From Acanthaster planci (taxonomy: Eukaryota): a stretch of DNA of 64,000 bases. This document shows, piece by piece, positions 24,801 to 36,800 of the stretch. How positions within the stretch are numbered: the first letter of the stretch is position 1; each line of letters begins with the position of its first letter. Where the stretch lies: the NCBI RefSeq assembly GCF_001949145.1, contig NW_019091362.1:2778204-2842203 (forward strand). The letters run 5' to 3'. Both the position numbers and the translations under genes were made by a program. The notes below the pieces were generated by a model that saw only the letters and a list, made by a program, of their open reading frames with translations, had not been told where the DNA came from and made no database searches.

Positions 24801-27800
24801 TGCTGTTATTGAAAAAGGTAATCTAAATCAGATACAACCAAAAGAATTCAACAAAAGCGTGACTCCAATATGTTGAAAACACTGTTGCTGGTGTGGCTGT
24901 TAGGTTGGTTTGTAGTGAGATCTATCAAAGAATTCCAGCGATGGATTTGTTTTTTTTTTATTAATATGGCTCACTCAGTCAGTGCTGATTGTCAGTCAGT
25001 TTGGGCCAGTCATAAAAAAAGACTGACAATGCTTGATTTTGGCTGAGCTCAGAAACTTGCTCACAGTTGGCATTTATATATTCTAACTACAGGTTTAATT
25101 GTCTCTTTTTCACTATCATATGGTGAACTTTAACATTTAAAAAGGGTAAAAGTTATACACTGTGTGGGACAAAGGACAAACAAAATCAGTCCACAAAACA
25201 CCCATTTTGTGTGATAAGAATCTTTAGGGAAGGATTGTAAAATGATGTATTGCCGAATCATTGGGACACTGTTTGCTGCTTTTATTGAGCGCTGTTCATT
25301 TACATTGAACATAAATCAAAATTTCAGCTCTGGTTTCTTTTCAGGTTCAATTTTCAGGGCCAAGATTTACTAAATACTTGTGTAGAATGCATTTGGTATC
25401 GGTTCAGATTTAAAATTGGAAACTTTTGATCATTCTTTTTTTTATTTTCAACCTTTTGACCTGACTTCATTATAAGCCTTTCATTTCACAATTTACTTGA
25501 ATTGCTTATCACTTAAGAGCATGTCCCTCCAAGTATAAGTAGGCATCCAGATAAATTATTGGTTCTGTTACTGATTTGAAATTGAATGGGATGATTCCAA
25601 TAAGCCATTTGCGATTTGAATAAAATCTGGTACACTGAGTTATCTGATTGCGCAGAAACATAACAATTTTAATTCCCTAAACTAAAGACACTGTTGCTAT
25701 ACCTTGCGATTCAGGGCAAGCTTTCGCTTAATTACATAACAGATGCCTTTCCAACAATACACTGTTCTCAGTGGATAGGAAAGGCACAAAGGAACCAGTC
25801 CATTTCAGAGACGGTGGTTGCTGTGCAAAAGCTTGCCACCGTAGCGACCACCATCTCTGGAATGGACTGGTTCCTTTGTGCCCTTCTTATCCATTAAGAA
25901 CAGTGTATTGTTGCAAGGCATCTCTTATGTAATTAAGCAAAAGCCTGCCCTGAATCGCAAGGTATAGCAACAGTGTTTCTAGTATGGAGAATTCAAATTG
26001 TTATGTTTATGTGAATTTAAAGAACTCAGTGTACCAGATTTTATTCAAACTTAATTCGCAAAAAAGGCTTATTCAAGATTGCAGTCTGAAGCTTCAAATT
26101 GACCATTACTTTCCTTCCAAAGTTGACCGTAGTCTCTGTTACCTTTTGCCCGTTTAACAATTTTTATTAAACTGAATTGCTTAACGAATGACAGGTCCTT
26201 TTACTTAAAGAAGGTTGTAGATTGATGCACATTTGTGTGTGTGTTGCTAATTGTTTAAACACAAAACCATAGAAATCCACTAGATCCCACCAAGGTATTT
26301 GGGATCATTGCTTGCTTTATGGTGCTTTCATTGTAAGTTTTGTCACTTGTAATGTTAAATTGAATAAACAACAAAAGGCAGGTGTAGTAGTACTAATTTG
26401 CCTGTTACATTTCGGTGTTTGTTATTGTGATTGTTATTAGGATTCAATAACTGATGGCCACAAAATGATTACATTTTGATAATCAGCTGAAATGTCAGGA
26501 ATTTATTTTGATTTAATTTTAAATCTAAGTTTGAGAAAAGAAAATCTCACTTTCAATTTTCCATTTACCATTTCTTTTTTTTTCTCTGCCAGCCCTTCCA
26601 TCTTCTGTACCCTCTCTCTTCCTCCCCTCTCTCATTGATATTTTGTGCCCTGCCTGCACCAGGAAATGAACTCAGTCTTCAGTTCTTTTCCAGTTTCAGT
26701 GAACCCTTTGCAATTAAGGTTTCTTTTGTGACCCATAGCTTGCCAGCTTTTGTCCACACCACAAAAGCCCACAGAGATTTGCCAAGGCATTCTTGGGACC
26801 AAAACATTGTCAGTCAAAGAGACGGGAGCCCCCATTGTTTGCTGTCTGCCCATGTTATTGCATAGAGAGCTAGGGATTCAGTCCTTCACATGAGAACACA
26901 CAGCACTGTTGGCATCAACGACCTCTACAGCAGCAGCCTGCAGGTTGTACACAACCTCTTCATGGCCATCGCATTCCTCTTCTGCCATTGTGAAGTAATA
27001 TCGCTGTACGCGCATTTCTCCCCCCCCCCAATTTTTGGGGGCTGGGTTTGAGTTGTTTTTAATCACTAGCATTAATGGACAATGCTAATGAAAGGCGGCT
27101 AGTTATTAATTTAGTACTGTGGAGTGATTCTGGACGGTAATGGTCAGGTCGTGCTATCCTTGCATCCTGTAGAATCGAAATGCATGCTGCACTTTGAACG
27201 CCTTGTTTTTTGCACCTGCATTGCCAATGTGCTCGGCCATATACAGGTAGGCCATATGTTGTGTCTGCAAACACTGGAATATTATTTTGTATGTGTTTAA
27301 TCACTGCATGTTGTGAGTTTGGACAGTAAATCCTGCAAGTATCTCAGTACTTACAAATTCCATAGCTGTCCACTGTGCTTTTTTGGCATAAATGTTTATT
27401 CTTTTTATTTTAATATTTTTCCACATCTTTTTCAAGATTTCTTTTTTGTCTCTGGATTAAATTATGATAAAACACTTTAAAATGCACTGTGATTTGTAAC
27501 AGGACTCTCTCTTTAGAAGTTCTGTCAAAATAGCATTTTACGTTCACATGATAATATTATGCTTTTAAAGTCTGTTTGTTGAAAATGTAAGTACTCCTTT
27601 CACACCACATTAATTATTCTTGTTGATCCTGTGTTATGTAACCAAGGTTGCTCATCTGTGATATGAATTAATTTTGGCTTCGGGATACCAGTCATCTGAT
27701 GTAAGCAGCTGAAACTCGGATGATTCATTTCTTGCATTGGCATCCATGGTCACTTCCAATGCAAAATGTTGGTGGTGAATATTAGACTTGGTCAGTCTCT

Positions 27801-30800
27801 CATCTGAACGAGATCCCATGTTGGTGCAGGATTATCCCAATGTACATGTATGTGCAGTTAAATTACATGGAGTTGTGGTGGATTTGGCAGACTGGATTTA
27901 TTGTCAAGGAAAATAGTTAGCTCAGGTTTAATTCGATACTCCTTTCAATATTTTGCTTTATTCAATCTGGAAATGAAATAATTATTCCAAATTTATGAGT
28001 GCTTTATCTCTTGAAACCATTACAAGCGACCAAAAGTATTTTGAGGGTTGTTCAACTCAGTGTAAAGTTACTGTAATTTCCAAATAAGACCTTCAGTGAT
28101 GTGGATCAAGATCAGGCCAACTGATCACCCAAATCATGTTTATTTTAAACTGTTACACTGTTAGCTTAATGTCCATGATGGTATAGTCACCTGGTCCCTT
28201 TTTTCACCACTTACCATAAAACCAACTTGACTTGACAATAGGTGGCAAAATTAGGGACCTGGTGACTATATAGTCGTGGATGTTACTGGCCCTTTGTTGG
28301 TGGAGAGTAGAAACAGAGACTGGGAACTATACTTCTCTGTTACGTTTTATTTGTGCTTATCTCAAGTACTGTTGGATTGATTTCTGTTGTGCACTAGTCT
28401 GTTCTCTAACTGCATATTTCCAGCACCTTAAGTTTAGTTTTTAGATTTTAAATGTACTGCATTGCTAGACCAAGTTTTAAAAATAAAGGATTCTTGACCC
28501 AGTCTGAATGGAATGAAATATCATTCAACTGTAGCTCAGAAACCACTGAACCAAAAATCGGTGTTGCAGTGGAGGGCAACCCCTGCCTTTCTGCTTACAT
28601 CCGAACTGATCTTGAATCTTTAGCCATCATTTATCGTTAGAGCAAAGATGAGTAGTTTGTTGGACTGGGGTTTGAAAAATCTGCTAAATTTTCACAAATT
28701 TCAAGTCTCAGAGAGGGAACATTTCTAAGATCGTGACAAACATTTGGGAAAGTGATTGCTCATGGTTTCATCTGACAGGAAACAGGAAACACAATCACCT
28801 GCTTGATACCATCAGTGTCTAAGACTTCTAATTACATGTACCTCTATTATTGGCTGTAGGCTCCCCAAAGGCACCAGAAGTCTAAGTGGCGTGGCACTTG
28901 TGTCTTAATGTGGGTTGGCGGTCTGTAGTACGGCACTCAGTTTGGCTGGAACAACTGTTGATGACATTACCGAACAAAATTTTATTGTTGATGACTTTCA
29001 CCCTTGATATGGTCAGACCTTTCATGCGCCTCCCTCCTGTATGCGTCACAACTAAAATATAAAAGCAAGACATTTGGATGTCAGACAATCACTGATGAAA
29101 CAGATTGAGAGTGAATTGCTGTTTTTAGTCTTGTGTCATCACACAGTTGTTCTTTAACTCTGGAGACATCATGACAATTGTGACAAGTTCTTCACGTATA
29201 TGGGCATGTTCAAATTACCCGGTAACATACATGGAAGTTTCCATATTAAGCATACAGACACATAGATGTAGGTCCTACCATCTTGGGCATTGGCATAATT
29301 CATATAGGAGCTGGCATCTACATGTGCATGTACCTGAATCCCTATGACAACCGTTTTTGACTTTTAAGTTCTTTCTCCCATGGGTTTTGTGCACATCGCA
29401 ATGAAACTGATTTTTTCCCTTTAATGTTACATAAAGAAAAAAAATGTAACATATAGGTTTGGGTTTTGTTGAGTGCCAGATGCATGTATGTTCGCTAATT
29501 AGGGAATGGAACTCATTAATTGCCAAACAGACTGATGACAGAAATTTGAATTTCAAGTTTTAGGCCAGTCCTTTACCATTGCAAAGAAACAATACATATG
29601 TCTCGAATTTCTAATGGTCTTGATTTCCAAACAAGCCTTTACCTTAGTCTGTAGTTTTGGTCACATCCATGTAGATCAGGGTGTAAATCTGTATTGATAT
29701 ATACTGAGTGCTCGAAGAAGGAAGTATTCATGTGAAAATCTTTTTTTCTTATGTAGTTTCAATTTGGGGTTATTCATTCTCAAATAAAAATACAATAAAA
29801 GCATGATTAATACCATATGCAAGCTTGTATGCAAATATGCATCATGCTTGTAATATGTACACATACATTTGCAGAAATATATGCTAACTTTCTCTAGCTT
29901 GCTGGAAGTTTGCCAAGATTGTGGCAATTTTTTTGGCACACTTACAAGAAGGTTCCAACAAGCTAATTTTTCTGTGAGGGTGCATATTGATTATATTTTC
30001 TCTAGATCAGTACATGCACATCAACATGTACATGTACATAGGCAGAAATTTTAGAGTTTAGAAAATTTACGGTGTTATTAAAATGTTTTGATTTCCTGTT
30101 GGAGATTCAGGTAACAAGAGATCAAATTTCGTTGTGGAAAGTATTGTTTGTAGACTCAGGTTTTTGTAAAATGATATATTGTAACTTGATCCCATTTTGT
30201 TGGCTACAGAATGAATAATGTTTCATCTTAATGGTATGACCTTACAATGCACCAGGTGTCCTTTGAGTTTGCAATCATCAGGAACTGGTGGGAATATATG
30301 CATTAAGGTCCAAGCCGCAAGCCCTTAAACAAATCTTGCTCAATTCTTGCAAACTGTCAACACTACAATGCGCTCACATGATGTCCACATTCATCAGGTT
30401 GTATCAAAGTGGTAATGTTTTTCAAGAGCTGAGGGTTTGAAAAGAATTCTTTATTCATCCCCTTGGATGACTGTCGATGGTTACCATGGAGACTCTTTGC
30501 AGAGATAAAACTGCATGATGTTATGACAATCACCTCCATGTACTATAATCTATTGGAACAACCCCAAACCAGAAACATTAAGCACTGCTTATTCTTTCCC
30601 AAAGTCGGTGGCATTAATTTGAGAGAAACTTTCAAACCTTTTCAAACTTTTCAATGAATTCCCGCAAATTTCTGAAATGAAATCTGTAAATATTGGTCAC
30701 TCTTGAGCCCCAATAATTTGCACAACCATGTCAGTCTGCTAAAGTCTGCTCTATCAATAGATTGAGTTATCATTGCTTCAGGTACTGTAGGCTAATAAAT

Positions 30801-33800
30801 ATCTCTGAAGTTGGCAGGAGTCTTGCCTTGTACATGCCTTTGTCACTATAGAGTATGCTCACTGATGGTGGAACATTCGGCTCACCTCTTAACTTAGCAC
30901 ACCATGATTCAGTGATGCAGAAAAATCGGTCTTGACAAGTGAGTTTCGTAATCAGATTATCCGAGTCATCATCTCACCCGCCATTATATCTGCCGTGGAT
31001 AACGGCAGTTTGGCAGCTGTTACGATCCACTGGTGTCACTGTAGCTTGTTATTCGTAGCTTGTAAAAGTGATGGGCATCAAATTGGTTTGACCATGGAGC
31101 TGAAGAACTGCTTTCTTTGACTTAAGTCTCTGCATTTTAAAAAAAAAAAGGGTTGATTTTTCTTTCACCCCTGGGAAGGTACTGCTGCTGGTTTTTATTA
31201 AAGTGTCAGTGCTTTCAGTTTTTAATTTAAAAAATGCATTACCGTATGTCACAGGAACTTGCTTTCCCAGATATTTACTTCTGCTGGTATGGATTAGGTT
31301 TGTGGTGTGGTGACCTGTGCTGACATTACAAAGTCACATGTGCTTTAGTGCCCAGGCTTTCCTGCTTTATTCCCTCTTGCATAAAGTGAGGACCTAAGGG
31401 AAATTAATTTCAGACCCTTTATTGAGATTAAATAAGACCAAAAAATGGTACAGGTAGATGTAAGATCTTGCCTCTCTATTAATTAAAAAATGACTTTGGA
31501 CATTTTTATTTTAAAGATGTACAGTAGTTGAGAGATTGGGCATGCGGTTTGTTTCCAATACCACATTGTTACTTAATGTCATTAATTAACATTGTCATAT
31601 TGTGTTTTAACTTTCAGATATGGTGGACCTAATTTGCATCCCTAAGACTTTGCATGATCAAGCCCAATTGGATGAAACTCCCAGTGTATGAAGTAGTTCC
31701 TCGAGACAAACTTCTTTGAGAAACCCTCAGTAACCGTTAACTGAATGATACCTAACATTCCTCCAGTGTACGCCCTGCATGCTTTGACCCTGGTGAAGTG
31801 AAACCAAATTTCCCCTTTTGCATGCAACACAATCGGTGACAGTGTCGATTGGGAGCCCAGCCGGCATGGCTTTTACGGCCATATTGGAGTTGCCACGGCG
31901 ATTTGTGTCGTTCATCAACCGTTTGCTGCATGGATGGGACACGCTGTCGGAAGATGGTATGTTACTGTAGTCCCTCAGCCCATTATGTTGTATGGTCCCC
32001 CTGTATATGAATGAGAGTGGATGTTACGTAATTAATCCAGCATTTATGTGCAATAGTATGGGCTGTGTCCAAGGTGGGTATCATGTGGCTATGGCTTTGT
32101 ATTTTTACCAAGGTATTATTTGACATGAAACGGCAACTAGTTGCAGTCGTGTGGACATTACATTGCCCATTTGGGACGCAGCTCAACTTTCATCTCCAAA
32201 AATGTGAAAACTCGAAAGTACACCATGTGGGCTATACATGTAGGTACGTGGTAGCAATGGCATTCACATATCATCCCAGCCTAGCTCTTTACATGAGGGA
32301 GTGCTTGTGTACAGAAGCTATTTGTTGCGGTTAGCGTCTACTAGTTAAAGCTAAACTAGGATCCATCAGTAACAAAGAGGATGCCAGCTGAATCATCATA
32401 TTCAAGCTAACCATCTCTTGTTCACTTCGCAGATCAGCTTTGCAGTGTCCAACTGTAAAGCGAGATCTTGATGTCATTTGAGCTGGATTCGATGCCCAGC
32501 CAATTCTACAGAGCTGCAGCCTAAGTATAGAAATTTCTTCTGGCGTAGCAATATATTTGCTCAACAGTAAGGACGAGATATCTGAGCCAAAATGCCGCAT
32601 GACCATTTGACATATATATCTAGGGAATGTTTTCACAGTTGATTGCTGCATAGACATTTGCCAAGCTGTATTACCTACCTACCCAGCTCCACGAATTTGC
32701 CCATCTTACCAAGTTAATTAGCCAAGGACTGTACAGATCAGATGACAACTCCCAAAACAGTTGGGCTGGGGACTCATGCAATGGAGGAGGGGAGACATGC
32801 CAGATGTGCTACACCCCCTTCCCCGTTGGAAATGTTGAAATGTCCACATCCTATCTGGCACAGTCAATTTTGCTGACAGTGTCCCTTCAAATTTCACCCT
32901 AATTTCACTACTGCCTTCAAAAATTAAAACATAAAGAGTAAGTCCTAAAGGTATTGTAGGGATTTTTAGAGAATATCCTGATCTTTCTGGTCATGAACAA
33001 GGAAATATCTCTCATCTGTAGCTGTAAACTACCAGCAGAAATAAAATCTAGCACTTGGTACACAAATGACTGGTATGTTATTTTGCCATTTTTTTAAAGT
33101 ATATGAGCATATACATAGTACAAGCATCTGTCAGCAACATCTTTTTTTCTCCCGACGTGGACAACTTTTCAAATAAGCTGCTTCTCAGAAGGTTCATTCC
33201 TTGTCAGATTTGTACATGAAGACTGTGCTGCACATAGACCTGCCAGCATTGTGCCATTCGCGTTGCCGATGATGAGTTTGAATGCATTTCATTTTGTATC
33301 AGGGAAACTAGACTCGAGTAGGACAAAGGAATGGGAGAAAAAAATGAGGGAACAGATGGATAGGTTGGTGTTTGTTCTGATGCAATCAAAGGATGGCGAA
33401 TTTTCAAAACAAAAATCACATGTACATGTATAGTACTTGTCCTTGGTGTTTTGATGGATGGTTCATATTTGGCAGAAGTTATCTCTTCAGATGTGTGCGT
33501 GCATGCACACGTTAGAATTAATTTACAAAATTCTCATCTTGACAATATAAAGATTGAGTTTATTATGAAAAGACCTGACAGGTATGCACTCTCCCAAGGT
33601 AATCTAAAGTCACTGATTGCCTATAGTACTCAACAGAGCTGAAGTTATTCCCATCTTATCTCACTTTCGCAGAGCTATCGATTGCTTAACAAATTTCAAG
33701 CAACAGAAATGAACAGAAAATCATTAAGTACACGGAGCAATACAGAGCACATGACAGGCTACCTGGGGATGTGTTTAATTGTTGAGTGAATCACATGTCT

Positions 33801-36800
33801 GAACTGTACAACTGTAAATTGTTGTTTTTAGAGGCAGGTTCATACGTTTGGCTTCCTGCGGATCTCAACCTTTAAACTATCAGCTTGCTCATACGTGTGG
33901 TATTTCTTTGAAGTGAATAACTTTTGTAGCTTCTGCAGCCCACAGTATGCAGAGGCTAATGGACTGCGTTGGAGGGTATTTTTTTAAAAATTGAATCCAC
34001 CTTTGCAAGTCATTTTTCAGTCCAAGTCATCAACTAAATATGATCAGATGAGCAGCCTGCTCTGTTATGGTGAAAACACCATCTGGCTCACATGTGCTCA
34101 TTGTTCCTGTGAATTTCTTTAACCTTTGCAGACATTACATTCTGCTTACAGGCTTTTTTTATGCCAAACTAACAATCAGTTTGCTTTTCATAGCCAAGCA
34201 GTTATGCCAATCCAGTTGTTGCCGTGGGCCATATCGGCATTTCATGCAATTGCGTCTCATTTGTAGGACATGGACAAATGGGAAGGTTTTAAGGTAGCAC
34301 ATTTGGTTTTTGTTCTGCATTAGGATTCATTGTGCAGTGCCTGGTGACAATCATCATGCAGTGCAGCCAGGCTGCTTTCAGTGGGAGGTCTCACGAGTTT
34401 GGGAAAATTACGGAATAGGGGAAATCAATTTGCACATATGCAGGGCAGGCGACATTCATTTTTTCTGCCCAAAATGATCGATGTCGCTCTGAAATTTTGC
34501 CGTCAGATTTGACAAACATTTCTAGAAACGCCCACATCCATTAAGCAGGAGGGAGCCTATAGCTGTGTTTCTTCATCTTGATTATTGATGGTTGGTTCTA
34601 TATTGCTGATTATCATAAAAGAATGTGTGTGCTTGCGATTGGCTGCTGTAGCTTGCCCATTTGTGGCCCTCAGGACAACTGTCTCTGCAATATGCCAGTG
34701 TATCCTGTGAAAATGAAGAGTGTTGACTTGATACTCTTGTTTCATAACAAACTCCAGTTATATGCTAATTGTATCCCACCAACAAAATGTTATCTCCTGA
34801 GTAAATAATTCCTCTCAGCCACTGGGGCCAGTCATAACAGAGTGAAATTTGAGTAGCCATTCATAGTCGTTCATGTTCAACTCCCTGTATGTAAATATAC
34901 TGTATGTATATAACTATACTTTCCGAGACAGAGCACCTTAATAGGCACTTACATGTAAGGGTGACTGAAAATTTGAAAATTGAGTATAGCAGTTTATGTA
35001 CAAGTACTTCAACAGGATGTACTTTTTTGGTATATGCACAGCAATGTTATAATGTACGTATACGTTGGTAAACCACAGGAGCTTGAGGTTTTCAAATGCA
35101 TTGAATCATTACAAGTTTTCTGATGAGAACTTGTGTAAGTTCAGTTCTTTACGCAGAGGGATAAAACAATCGGTTATATCGCTCAATCTGTGGAGGTCAT
35201 TTTTGTCATCTGTCAAGGTTTTTTTGGGTGGGGGTTGGTAAGGAACTTGTTGTGGTATTCTCCCAAAAGGCAGATATTGCCAATAATGAAATGGCCAATT
35301 CTAGATGATATTTTTAATATTTCCTTATCCATGTAGGGGACAACATGATGTTTGTTTCACAACAGGACACATTTTTTATGTCTTGCATTTTTCATTAATG
35401 TGTTGAATTCTTTAACAATGGCCCAAGCTAAAATGCCACTCTTTGCTTGTTCACAGACTGATACCAACTTTTGGTGAAACTGAAAGTGAACCATGTGGAA
35501 GGAAGTGATTGCAAAAGAGCTGTGTTTTGAAATCTTTCATGTCGTTTGTTTTCTTTGAATACTTCATACACAGCCCGTGCTGCTGCTTATCTGTTGTAAG
35601 TTTATTGTGTAGTATGATTACCTAGTCCAGAGAGAAAGCCAGAGAAAATTGTAAACGTAACAGGGAAGGAAACGAACAAGGAAGTTGTTGGAATAATTTT
35701 TGATCAGTTACACCAGTTATTTGTAGCACAGCAAATGTGAGACTTGAAAGGCAGATGCAGAGAAGCACATGATGTATATGCATTATAGGATGCATGGAAG
35801 AATGTTGTTACCATTAATTTCCATTTCCACATTGCTCCATGGATACCTACTTAACCTCCACGAGGAAGTTACTAAGAAGAGCTTATTATCAAGTGTCAAA
35901 GCTGACCCTTCGGCCTTACGGTTGGCTTCGAACCTTGCCCATTAGGAGAACGGCTGCTGCTGTTGGTACTTTTGCCCCCTGTCGGCAAAGACAAGAGCAT
36001 TTTGAGCTGGGGAAGAATGATCTCAGCGTTGGCTGCTGCAGTCAAGGTTTGTCTTGCTCAGTTCATTTGGTTGTCACTCTGTGACATGGGTGTCACCGAA
36101 CATGTTTGAGAACAGGGGATGTTCATGGGAAACTTTGTGGACTTTGTCTATAATTATGAAATATGCAAAACTGTCCATTAAGCACAGTTTTTTTGTGCAC
36201 AATGATTCTGAAGCTCTTACAGTAAAGGTTCTTGAATGCTTCCATATTCTAGAATGTAATGAACTGGGCACTATCAACATCTTTTTCTGCTGTTGTTCGG
36301 TCACAATTTGATCCTGAAATGCAGGCGACATGTATTTTTGTCCAATGGGGTTTTGCCAAATGTAAGCTGAAAAGTACCTGGCACTCTTCCCTAAAACTAG
36401 GTGCGAGGGTGGAGGGTACATGTACATTCACATTGAGGTGTTTGTGAGTTAGTGATGCAGGGCGCAGCTTCAGAGATTTATGGGTTGAACTCCGTCTCAC
36501 CTTTGAAAGGTGAGGACTTACCTGTCATACAGCGGCACAACAATTGTCATTCTCCTTGCAGCGATTGGTGATTAGCACCAAAAGAAAACTTACAACATCA
36601 ACCGGGCATTCAACACGGATGCAGCTCACGCAGAGTATGGGTCTTGTTGCTGTGAGCCGCTGTTGAAATGCTGCATTTAGGCCCTTCAATATTTACACCC
36701 TTCAAGGTTGTGATGCACTCGTTTTCATTTGATTAAGATCTTCACTTGAAGTCATCAATCTTACATGCCTATACCTGTTGACTAATTGAGACAGATAAGT

